From assembly GCF_053078305.1 (NCBI RefSeq), contig NZ_CP166879.1: 64,000 nucleotides of DNA. One strand, given 5' to 3'. The notes under the pieces were generated by a model. The model was given only the letters and a program-made list of their open reading frames with translations, did not search any database and was not told the DNA's origin. Shown one piece after another: positions 9,076-19,500 of this stretch. Position numbers and translations under genes: made by a program. Numbering within the stretch: position 1 is the first letter of the stretch; each line of letters starts with the position of its first letter.

Positions 9076-9645
9076 TCAACTCCGGCTACAGCCAAAATTG
9101 CGCTCACCGGTGCCGCGAGCTTTGGTATGCTCCTTCGCCAGATAGCCAGAACGTTCCAGCACCTGCTGAAAGCCGGTTTCATCATCGCGTTCCAGCCACA
9201 CCGCTGGCTTGTCAGGAAAATGTGCCAGCGTGTCATAACGTCCGGCATCCACTCCCAGGGCACTGCACCAGGCCTGTTTAATAATCCCGGCCAGTGACCC
9301 CGGAGCGCGGTAATCGCCGGCACGACACCAGGTATCCCGGTTGACCAGCAGCAGCAGGTGATAGTGTTTTTTGCCTTTAAGCTCCCCGAACTCCCGGGCC
9401 CAGGCGTAATGCAGGGTCGAGGAATGCACGCGTTTACCTTCCCGATGCTTACGTTTCTGGTAAGCGTCGATTCGGGCTTTCAGGGCATTGATGAAGCGGG
9501 ATATCACAGCCGCGTCCGTTGCTGCCGGTACATCCGGGAGACGCAGATCAACCCGCAATGCCGTCAGACGGGGATGAACATCCAGTGCGTGCCGCACCGT
9601 CTCACGAATACGTTGCTGCCAGAAGGGGTTGTATTTGTAGGTCAT
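9076..9645 (-). CDS. Inovirus Gp2-like / YfjJ-YagK family protein, copy 2
   Basis: 189 aa; KKHYHLLLLVNRDTW motif; GGAGA Shine-Dalgarno. Confidence 0.7.
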   Translation of the reverse strand: MTYKYNPFWQQRIRETVRHALDVHPRLTALRVDLRLPDVPAATDAAVISRFINALKARIDAYQKRKHREGKRVHSSTLHYAWAREFGELKGKKHYHLLLLVNRDTWCRAGDYRAPGSLAGIIKQAWCSALGVDAGRYDTLAHFPDKPAVWLERDDETGFQQVLERSGYLAKEHTKARGTGERNFGCSRS

Positions 9646-9849
9646 GGTTAAATCTCCGTATGGTTTCGTTCATACGGATTAACCACGCCGTAAAAAATGC
9701 GCAGAGTCCCTGAAGTGATCTCCAACCAGGCAATATCTCAGGCACTCTGAGATAACCCGAACGGTCGTCTCCGGACTGACGGTTGAATTTTCAGCGTTGT
9801 TTTTTTAATGTAAAAAACCGATTACGGATAAGGCTGTGAGGAGGGAGTT

Positions 9850-10050
9850 ATGGTGATACGCAAAAAGAAGTGCTGGGACTGTGGAAACGCGATTACTCAT
9901 AATACTGTGTGTTGCCCGTATTGTGGTTCTGTCGACCCCTTCGGCTATTACCGGAATACAGACCGTATCGTTACTATACTGCTGGCACTGATTATTGTGG
10001 TCCTGCTGACTACTGTCAGCGTCAGTGTGTATATACTGTGTAGCTGGTGA
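9850..10050 (+). CDS. Small zinc-ribbon membrane protein
   Basis: 66 aa; CWDCG ... CCPYCG followed by one hydrophobic helix; strong GAGGAGGG Shine-Dalgarno. Confidence 0.5.
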   Translation: MVIRKKKCWDCGNAITHNTVCCPYCGSVDPFGYYRNTDRIVTILLALIIVVLLTTVSVSVYILCSW

Positions 10051-10464
10051 GATAACGGTTCATGTATCCCCTGAGCTGACAGTGTACCGGGTATATTAAG
10101 CGTAACCGACAGGTTCTCCTTCATACCATATTAAATTTTTCCAGGTATTGCCGCTGCCTTATTTCGTCTCATACAGGAAAACTCGTCTGGGTTTCTGACA
10201 AATACGTGAAACTCACAGCCCCTCAATATCAACCACACGCTGTAAGCCGGTAATACCTGAAAATCAGCCCATTACCGCCCACGCCTCCGGCACCATTCCC
10301 TTTAGATTTCGAATTCTTTGTTGTCGCTATACCGCTTAACGTTCCCGGTATTATCCTGGTTCCCGACAACAGGAACATATTCAGCTTTTAATAACCTGAG
10401 AAGAGCCAATAAGAATCACAAAGCGGATAACACCTGGCGCGATGCAGTTGTGATTACCGAACGC

Positions 10465-10662
10465 TCAGATGACATATTTCCAGACTGAAGCGGGAACACG
10501 ATCGTAAAGCTTGTTCATTGTCAGTTCTGCCAGCCAGTGATCAACCACAGAGTTGAAGGCTTCCAGTTCCGCAGAGGTAAGTTTATAACGCGTGTGGGAA
10601 ATCACTTTTTCCAGCGTCTCCCGGGATGAACAACGACGGAACTGCTTTGGTTTTAACTTCCA
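10465..10662 (-). pseudogene. Gene remnant (frame-disrupted small ORF)
   Basis: Protein-like 65-codon frame (...ETLEKVISHTRYKLTSAELEAFNSVVDHWLAELTMNKLYDRVPASVWKYVI) without a start codon; the nearby ATG is in another frame. Confidence 0.3.
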
Positions 10663-11372
10663 TTAGCCTCTCATCACTTTATGCTGCAATTAACGTGATA
10701 CTGTCAGCATACCGCCAGACTGGCATTCTGGTACCCACCCCAAACTCATTACTCCCGAGCCACCACTTAACCGGTCTCTCAGACTGTCACTCACCAGGTC
10801 GGATATGTTTACCGCTCAGACGGATGCTTAATGCACTCTGTTCACGTACATTGCAGATACGTTTTATATACGCGGGTTATACGCCAGCTATCAGGGATAG
10901 CGCAGTCTGTTGCTACTGCGTTCTCATCATGCCCACTGATCACACTCACCGTGTTTATTTCACATATATGAACTCATGTATTTGATCTCATGTGTTTGAT
11001 CTCTCTTATATATTTATAATACCAATCAGACAGTCTTATCCCATCGGTGATACCTGTCACCTGCCCACCGGACACGGTCTGCCCCATCGTAACCGCCCCG
11101 TAAATAACTCTGCAATTATCAGAACGCCAGTTTTCCCCTCTTCCTCACGAAAATCATCCCTTCTTTATCGCGCGCGCGTGCGGAAGCATCGTTTCGTAAC
11201 AACCACCCGGCATACCGGTACGGCTCAGCCACCGTAACCTCCCCGTTTATCTCCTGGCGGTCACATTCCCGATTATTTTTTACGTTTCTCCCCGGTTGTT
11301 ATGCCGGTGAAGGTGGTGCGTTGTTTTCATGACCACACCGGCTGGTTTAACAACATCCGGAGGAACATTCTC

Positions 11373-11579
11373 ATGATCACCCCAGTTTCACTGATGGATG
11401 ACCAGATGGTCGACATGGCATTTATCACTCAACTGACCGGCCTGACCGATAAGTGGTTTTACAAACTCATCAAGGATGGTGACTTTCCTGCGCCCATCAA
11501 AATGGGCCGCAGCTCCCGATGGCTGAAAAGCGAAGTGGAAGCCTGGCTGCAGGCGCGTATTGCACAGTCCCGTCCGTAA
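11373..11579 (+). CDS. alpA: AlpA-family transcriptional regulator, copy 2
   Basis: 68 aa from MITPVSLMDDQ...; TDKWFYKLIKDGDFPAPIKMGRSSRWLKSEVEAW; GGAGG Shine-Dalgarno. Confidence 0.8.
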   Translation: MITPVSLMDDQMVDMAFITQLTGLTDKWFYKLIKDGDFPAPIKMGRSSRWLKSEVEAWLQARIAQSRP

Positions 11580-11659
11580 TTCTTAACCGTTCATCTGCAG
11601 CAGACGCAGTCTCCGGCCTGCCGGCGGCGTTCTGCTGCCTGTTATCCCCCGTGAGGAAT

Positions 11660-12268
11660 ATGAAAATGAAACCACAGTATCAGACCCGTTACGAGCTGCT
11701 CCACGAAAGCTACCAGAAATGGCTGACCGGCTTCACCCGGCACGCCGTATCCTGGGGCGTGTGTCATCCGAATATCTACTACTTCCATAATCTGACGCCC
11801 GGGTGGGTGTCATTCAATGGTGAAAAACCGGAGATTGCCATCGTACCCCAGAGTCTGCACCGGCTGATGTATGGTCCGGACAAACGGACCACGCCGCCCC
11901 TGGATGATGATCTGATAGTGAATTTATGCACCAGTGAACATCTGCTGGTTCATCATCCGATGCTGGAAGGCATTCTCCTGTCTGAATGTGAACGTCTGAG
12001 GCAGCGTTCGCTGGCAAATAAACTGATCAGCCTCTTCCGTCAGTTTGGTGGCACGGAGTTGCGCCTCAAACTGGTCTGGCTTTGCTGGCTTGATTTAATG
12101 ACCGGAAACTGCCTTGACGACTGGACGGAGAATCTGAAACGGAAATCAGAAAAAGAGCTGGAGGAATGGATCATCAACCGTCAGAAGCAGAGCGCAGCAC
12201 TGACGGATCTGATGGATCAGTACGTGCTCCTGGCATACCGCACAACGGTTGACGATAAGCGCACCTGA
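11660..12268 (+). CDS. Hypothetical protein (about 203 aa) immediately downstream of alpA copy 2
   Basis: ORF with GAGGAA Shine-Dalgarno, start at ATG 11660 or 11666; no recognisable family. Confidence 0.6.
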   Translation: MKMKPQYQTRYELLHESYQKWLTGFTRHAVSWGVCHPNIYYFHNLTPGWVSFNGEKPEIAIVPQSLHRLMYGPDKRTTPPLDDDLIVNLCTSEHLLVHHPMLEGILLSECERLRQRSLANKLISLFRQFGGTELRLKLVWLCWLDLMTGNCLDDWTENLKRKSEKELEEWIINRQKQSAALTDLMDQYVLLAYRTTVDDKRT

Positions 12269-12491
12269 TGCCAGTTGTTTCAGGGAAGCTGGTATCCGGG
12301 CAGGGTGCCAGGGCTGACTGAACGGCCTGTCTGCCTGCCGTTTCGCTCTCCGTGCGTTCTGTCACACGCTGCACCTGAACGCCGGACTGCGGGCACGCAG
12401 ACAGGAAAGACGCAGGCTGGAACTTCTGACCGGCGGGTATCAGTTATATGCCTGTTGATTCATCACCACCACGCAGTTCCTGAGCTTTAGT

Positions 12492-12529
12492 TCATCACCG
12501 ATATTCATACATCTGAATATCGGTGATGA
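12492..12529. terminator. Perfect 16-bp inverted repeat (6-nt loop) between convergent genes
   Basis: tcatcaccgatattca tacatc tgaatatcggtgatga read directly. Confidence 0.6.
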
Positions 12530-12589
12530 AATCCCCATAATAATCAATCATCTAAGTCTGAAGCATAATAGAGAAAAACTGCTCACCGG

Positions 12590-14074
12590 TTACTTCGCTC
12601 TCAGCTTATTGTAGTGATAACCCGAGGTAAAAATACCAGAGACATCAGACAACTTTAAACTGGCTATCTGGGGAAGCAGAACATACATGGTTTTTCCTTC
12701 CGGCACGACAGAAAGCCTGAACTGAGATTCAAGAATGTTCAGCAATGCGTTCAGTTTTTTCCTGTTTCTGAACCGGCCCGGGCCACACTGGAGAATATAA
12801 TTTTTCCTGACACGGGGCGGGCATTCTCCGCGGCACTCCTCAATGAGCCAGTCGAACAGCTCCTCGGCGTCCTTCTGCTGCAGTTCAGATTCATTAGGTA
12901 ACGCAAATAATTTTTTATATTCATCTGTGTACCACGAACTTATTACGACAGCAGACGTCATGATATCGGCAGAGATTTTCCCTTCACCATAGCTGAAATA
13001 CTGAAATAACGCTGCAATTCTTGCAATGTTTTCTGTTTTTTTTGAAACATGTCCCCGAAACGGGCTTAAGGGTCCGGAAGGGGATAAATCCTGCTCCAGA
13101 ACATTATAGTGCTCAATAAATATTTTTTGCGCTTCAGGCGAAAAATGCAGACAATACCGTTCATCCTCACTGGATTTTTCAATACTGCCTCTGGCCAGTT
13201 CCATTAATCGTTCATGAAATGCCGTTAATGATCCTCCCGGAATCACAGCTCCATTAATAAAGCGTTTCCCCTGCGTGGTTGCAGGTTTACTGATAAGACA
13301 ACGGGCAAGAAAACCACTGTCCCTGGCAACAGAACCTTTTCGCTCCATATATCGGTCAAAAAGACCGGGTTGCACCATGAGGGATAACGTCATTCTGGCA
13401 TTTTCAATCATCTGTTCGGGTTCATTCTTTCTGTCCACAGACAATACAGAGCCATCCCACATTTTGTTAATAAAAGGCAACTCAGACAGGGTATATCCAT
13501 CAAATATAATACCGGCTTCATCTGACATAATACCCACTGAACGCCATTTACCACAAAGCTGATTCTTAATTGCCGCAGTCGTGGCATCATTAAAAATGAA
13601 TTTATACCTCACAGGTTCTTCCGCACTGTTTTTCTGAAGTACTTCCAGTTGTCTGAGGGTTTCTGACTCATCCGCGCCTTTGCGGAGTTCTTTATTCAGT
13701 TTTGACAACAATGCTTTTTTCTGAGCCTTTAAAAGCTCTTCCTTGTTTTTCCAGACAGCCAGTTCACTTTTGTATCTGGAATATAACTGCATCTCCTGCT
13801 GGTACAGGGGCTTCATTAATAATTTGTCCACTGCGGTTTTTCGTTCTCCGGACTCGGCAAGCGTCAGGAAAAAAAGAGAGACCGGCCCCCGCAGTGTATT
13901 CAGTCTGCAGACATCAATCAGATTCTGGCAGACAAGTGAAACAGCGCCCAGGGCAGACGCTGCCACAAGCCCAAGGGGAGCCTGCGTAATTTGCTGAGCT
14001 TCAATAACGGCATCACGAATGAGTGGAGGCAGCGAACTCAGGGGAAACTCATCACAAGGCTGACCGAATGACAT
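12590..14074 (-). CDS. YfjI-like protein (DUF3987-type, P4/CP4-like element protein)
   Basis: 494 aa from MSFGQPCDEF... (ATG 14074, GAGG Shine-Dalgarno); family assignment from recall of CP4-57 yfjI. Confidence 0.55.
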   Translation of the reverse strand: MSFGQPCDEFPLSSLPPLIRDAVIEAQQITQAPLGLVAASALGAVSLVCQNLIDVCRLNTLRGPVSLFFLTLAESGERKTAVDKLLMKPLYQQEMQLYSRYKSELAVWKNKEELLKAQKKALLSKLNKELRKGADESETLRQLEVLQKNSAEEPVRYKFIFNDATTAAIKNQLCGKWRSVGIMSDEAGIIFDGYTLSELPFINKMWDGSVLSVDRKNEPEQMIENARMTLSLMVQPGLFDRYMERKGSVARDSGFLARCLISKPATTQGKRFINGAVIPGGSLTAFHERLMELARGSIEKSSEDERYCLHFSPEAQKIFIEHYNVLEQDLSPSGPLSPFRGHVSKKTENIARIAALFQYFSYGEGKISADIMTSAVVISSWYTDEYKKLFALPNESELQQKDAEELFDWLIEECRGECPPRVRKNYILQCGPGRFRNRKKLNALLNILESQFRLSVVPEGKTMYVLLPQIASLKLSDVSGIFTSGYHYNKLRAK

Positions 14075-15303
14075 AGTAACCTCACTACACACAGATATAA
14101 AAGTACTGCAATTCTGGCTATTAATAGCAAAAATAGCAGTCAAATCAATATGAGGTAAAAATTTTTGTTGCTTTAATGGTTAAATAATAACCACAGTGTG
14201 TTTTGCTGCTGAAGAAAGACAAAATGAATCTGTGTGTCCCCTCCTTCCCTTCAGAGCACATCCACTATTCAAATTTTACACAACCACGTACGAACAAAAA
14301 GCATCATCCCGGGTATTGCAGATACCGGTTTCCTGCCGGGAAGAATCATAAACAGAACACCGGGAATAACGCCTTCAGGAATCCCCCCCTCCTGAAGAAG
14401 AATAAAATAAAGAAGACTACAGTTCCTGCACTGAATGCTGAGTACAATATTCTATGGACAGGATGACATATTTATAAATAACAAAAACCATTTAATACTG
14501 ATACATCAATAAAATACTTCCTCCCTGCTGACGCAGATAAAATGCACCATTTTTTCTTCAAATACTTCTGTATAATCGCCAGCCAATGATGAGAATGGAT
14601 TAAAATAACACTTCTTCGACAAACACAAAAACAGCCTTCATTTTACATCATCATCCAGTTTCAGTTAACCCCGGACGAGCGACAGCGTTTCAGTACAGGA
14701 ATTAAAAGCCAGCTTTTGCTCAGTAAAAACACACTCAACTAATAATATCTCAGCAGATATTATCCTGACCAGGACACCTCACATTACTGAATTCTCTTCC
14801 GACAGTATCACTGCACAAATAAAAAAGAACTGGATAAATATTCAGACCGGAAGAATGGTGTCACAAAAGCATTTAATCATTACGCATGACCAGGAAGGGA
14901 AACACTTAACCACATGGTATCAACAGATATCATTACGTGTGCACTCTTATAAAAAACACACAGAAGAAGTAAGATAATTATAAACGTAAATTTAATATCT
15001 CCCACTGACATCTCCCCCACAATACACTGAAAAATACTCACAGCAGTAAACACAGACACACCTGATAATCATGCAGCCGATAAATATTTTCCCCTTTACG
15101 GAGAAATCAGCCTGCTGTTTAACAATAACGGCGTATTTTCATGGAAGGAGATCACCCAGTAACGGATAAGTCCTGATCTCCTTCATGTTAATACGCAACA
15201 ATCCCATCGATTCAAAACAATTTCAGACAGATATTATCTCCGTGAATCCCCCGCCACCTTTCCGGTGCGCGGGGTTTTGTCTTTTTTCACCGGGAATACA
15301 TGT

Positions 15304-16176
15304 ATGAATCCGTCTGATGCCATTGAGGCAATTGAAAAACCGCTCTCCTCCCTGCCTTACTCGCTTTCCCGTCACATCCTGGAACATCTGCGCAAACTCA
15401 CCCGTCACGAACCAGTGATTGGCATTATGGGTAAAAGCGGGGCCGGTAAATCCTCACTCTGTAATGCACTGTTTCAGGGGGAGGTCACCCCGGTCAGTGA
15501 TGTTCACACCGGCACCCGGGAAGTACGGCGCTTCCGTCTGAGTGGCCACGGTCACAGCATGGTTATCACTGACCTGCCCGGGGTGGGCGAGAGCCGGGAC
15601 AGGGATGCAGAGTATGAGGCCCTGTACCGTGACATTCTGCCTGAACTGGACCTGGTACTGTGGCTGATTAAAGCCGATGACCGTGCCCTGTCTGTGGATG
15701 AGTATTTCTGGCGACACATCCTGCACCGGGGACATCAGCGGGTACTGTTTGTGGTGACGCAGGCCGACAAAACGGAGCCCTGCCATGAATGGGATATGGC
15801 CGGTATTCAGCCTTCTCCTGCACAGGCACAGAATATTCGCGAAAAAACGGAGGCGGTATTCCGTCTGTTCCGGCCCGTACATCCGGTTGTGGCCGTATCG
15901 GCCCGCACCGGCTGGGAACTGGATACGCTGGTCAGTGCGCTCATGACAGCGCTTCCCGACCATGCCGCCAGTCCCCTGATGACCCGACTGCAGGACGAGC
16001 TGCGCACGGAATCTGTCCGGTCTCAGGCCCGTGAACAGTTTACCGGTGCGGTGGACCGGATATTTGACACGGCGGAGAGCGTCTGTATTGCCTCTGTTGC
16101 ACGCACGGTTCTGCGTGCCGTCCGTGACTCGGTGGTCTCTGTTGCCCGCGCTGTATGGAACTGGATTTTCTTCTGA
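15304..16176 (+). CDS. yeeP: YeeP/YfjP/YkfA-family GTPase
   Basis: 290 aa; P-loop GIMGKSGAGKSS; directly upstream of flu as in CP4-44. Confidence 0.8.
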   Translation: MNPSDAIEAIEKPLSSLPYSLSRHILEHLRKLTRHEPVIGIMGKSGAGKSSLCNALFQGEVTPVSDVHTGTREVRRFRLSGHGHSMVITDLPGVGESRDRDAEYEALYRDILPELDLVLWLIKADDRALSVDEYFWRHILHRGHQRVLFVVTQADKTEPCHEWDMAGIQPSPAQAQNIREKTEAVFRLFRPVHPVVAVSARTGWELDTLVSALMTALPDHAASPLMTRLQDELRTESVRSQAREQFTGAVDRIFDTAESVCIASVARTVLRAVRDSVVSVARAVWNWIFF

Positions 16177-16295
16177 ACACTCTGCCAGGGGAAATGCCTG
16201 ATTACATTGCGTTAACCAACTGAAAACATGACACAAACCCCTCATCCCCCTCCTGTTTCTCTTGCGTGACCGCTCTGCTGTCAATAGAATAAAAC

Positions 16296-16331
16296 GATCG
16301 ATAAAACAGGTATCGATCGTTACTATCGATC
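16296..16331 (+). promoter_or_regulatory. Ag43 phase-variation switch: three closely spaced GATC (Dam) sites in the OxyR-binding region
   Basis: GATC at 16296, 16315 and 16328, about 220-250 bp upstream of the flu start. Confidence 0.7.
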
Positions 16332-16548
16332 GTTTATAGTGGTTAATGGTCTGCGAAAAGGCAGCTGAATCTCTTCATCATGCAGAACGGAATTGCACAC
16401 AACGGACTGATACTTCTCTGGCGGATGAGAGAGGGGAAGCATTTATGTCCGGGAAAAACCACTTTATCTGACCATGCTGTTTTGTACCTGCCGGTATCCA
16501 CATTTGTGGGTACCGGCTTTTTTATTCACCCTCTGTAAGGAAAAGCTG

Positions 16549-19500
16549 ATGAAACGACATCTGAACACCAGCTACAGGCTGGTATGGAATCACATTACGG
16601 GCACCCTGGTGGTGGCCTCCGAACTGGCCCGCTCACGGGGAAAACGCGCCGGTGTGGCGGTTGCGCTGTCTCTTGCTGCTGTCACATCAGTCCCGGCACT
16701 GGCTGCTGACACGGTTGTACAGGCGGGAGAAACCGTGAACGACGGAACACTGACAAATCATGACAACCAGATTGTCTTCGGTACGGCCAACGGAATGACC
16801 ATCAGTACCGGGCTGGAACTGGGGCCGGACAGTGAAGAAAACACCGGTGGGCAATGGATACAGAATGGCGGGATAGCCGGAAACACCACTGTCACCACAA
16901 ATGGTCGTCAGGTCGTGCTGGAGGGGGGAACAGCCAGTGATACGGTTATTCGTGACGGCGGGGGACAGAGCCTGAACGGGCTGGCGGTGAACACCACGCT
17001 GAATAACAGAGGCGAGCAGTGGGTTCATGAGGGCGGGGTTGCCACCGGTACAATTATCAACCGCGACGGTTACCAGAGCGTTAAAAGTGGCGGGCTGGCA
17101 ACAGGAACCATCATCAACACCGGCGCAGAAGGCGGCCCGGATTCTGACAACTCGTACACGGGTCAGAAGGTCCAGGGAACAGCAGAATCCACCACCATCA
17201 ACAAAAATGGACGGCAGATTATCTTATTTTCCGGGATAGCCCGTGACACTCTCATTTACGCAGGTGGTGACCAGTCGGTACACGGAAGGGCCCTGAATAC
17301 CACACTGAATGGCGGTTACCAGTATGTGCACAAGGACGGACTTGCGCTGAACACGGTAATTAACGAGGGGGGCTGGCAGGTTGTTAAGGCAGGTGGTGCT
17401 GTCGGTAACACCACCATAAATCAGAACGGTGAACTGAGGGTACATGCCGGCGGGGAAGCCACTGCAGTCACCCAGAACACGGGCGGTGCACTGGTTACCA
17501 GTACGGCTGCAACCGTTACCGGCATAAACCGCCTTGGAGCATTCTCGGTTGTGGAGGGTAAAGCTGATAATGTCGTACTGGAAAATGGCGGACGCCTGGA
17601 TGTGCTGACCGGACACACAGCCACTAATACCCGCGTGGATGATGGCGGAACGCTGGATGTCCGCAACGGTGGTACCGCCACCACCGTATCCATGGGAAAT
17701 GGCGGTGTACTGCTGGCCGATTCCGGTGCCGCTGTCAGTGGTACACGGAGCGACGGAAAGGCATTCAGTATCGGAGGCGGTCAGGCGGATGCCCTGATGC
17801 TGGAAAAAGGCAGTTCATTCACGCTGAACGTCGGTGATACGGCCACGGATACCACGGTAAATGGCGGACTGTTCACCGCCAGGGGCGGCACACTGGCGGG
17901 CACCACCACGCTGAATAACGGCGCCATACTTACCCTTTCCGGGAAGACGGTGAACAACAATACCCTGACCATCCGTGAAGGCGATGCACTCCTGCAGGGA
18001 GGCTCTCTCACCGGTAACGGCAGCGTGGAAAAATCAGGAAGTGGCACACTCACTGTCAGCAACACCACACTCACCCAGAAAGCCGTCAACCTGAATGAAG
18101 GCACGCTGACGCTGAACGACAGTACCGTCACCACGGATGTCATTGCTCAGCGCGGTACAGCCCTGAAGCTGACCGGCAGCACTGTGCTGAACGGTGCCAT
18201 TGACCCCACGAATGTCACTCTCGCCTCCGGTGCCACCTGGAATATCCCTGATAACGCCACGGTGCAGTCGGTGGTGGATGACCTCAGCCATGCCGGACAG
18301 ATTCATTTCACCTCCACCCGCACAGGGAAGTTCGTACCGGCAACCCTGAAAGTGAAAAACCTGAACGGGCAGAATGGCACCATCAGCCTGCGTGTACGCC
18401 CGGATATGGCACAGAGCAATGCTGACAGACTGGTCATTGACGGCGGCAGGGCAACCGGAAAAACCATCCTGAACCTGGTGAACGCCGGCAACAGTGCGTC
18501 GGGGCTGGCGACCAGCGGTAAGGGTATTCAGGTGGTGGAAGCCATTAACGGTGCCACCACGGAGGAAGGGGCCTTTGTCCAGGGGAACAGGCTGCAGGCC
18601 GGGGCCTTTAACTACTCCCTCAACCGGGACAGTGATGAGAGCTGGTATCTGCGCAGTGAAAATGCTTATCGTGCAGAAGTCCCCCTGTATGCCTCCATGC
18701 TGACACAGGCAATGGACTATGACCGGATTCTGGCAGGCTCCCGCAGCCATCAGACCGGTGTAAATGGTGAAAACAACAGCGTCCGTCTCAGCATTCAGGG
18801 CGGCCATCTCGGTCACGATAACAACGGCGGTATTGTCCGTGGGGCCACGCCGGAAAGCAGCGGCAGCTATGGCTTCGTCCGTCTTGAGGGTGACCTGCTC
18901 AGAACAGAGGTCGCCGGTATGTCTCTGACGACAGGGGTGTATGGTGCTGCAGGCCATTCTTCCGTTGATGTTAAGGATGATGACAGCTCCCGTGCCGGCA
19001 CGGTCCGGGATGATGCCGGCAGCCTGGGCGGATACCTGAATCTGATACACAACGCCTCCGGACTGTGGGCTGACATTGTGGCCCAGGGAACCCGCCACAG
19101 CATGAAAGCCTCATCGGACAATCACGACTTCCGCGCACGGGGCCGGGGCTGGCTGGGCTCACTGGAAACCGGTCTGCCCTTCAGTATCACTGACAACCTG
19201 ATGCTGGAGCCACAACTGCAGTACACCTGGCAGGGACTTTCCCTGGATGACGGTAAGGACAACGCCGGTTATGTGAAGTTCGGGCATGGCAGTGCACAAC
19301 ATGTGCGTGCCGGATTTCGTCTGGGCAGCCACAACGATATGAACTTTGGTAAAGGCACCTCATCCCGTGACACCCTGCGCGGCAGTGCCAAACACAGTGT
19401 GCGTGAACTGCCGGTGAACTGGTGGGTACAGCCTTCTGTTATCCGCACCTTCAGTTCCCGGGGGGACATGAGCATGGGTACAGCCGCAGCCGGCAGTAAC

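Noticed and set aside
14203-14466. 87-aa plus-strand ORF
   Set aside because: Lys-rich, low-complexity translation in an A/C-rich noncoding stretch; no ribosome-binding site
15454-16284. 276-aa minus-strand ORF
   Set aside because: Antisense to the well-supported YeeP-like GTPase gene; Arg-rich translation typical of a GC-rich antisense frame
16687-19162. Multiple ORFs overlapping flu (for example 18034-19098 minus, 354 aa)
   Set aside because: All lie within or antisense to the Ag43 gene, whose identity is unambiguous; they are high-GC repetitive-sequence artefacts
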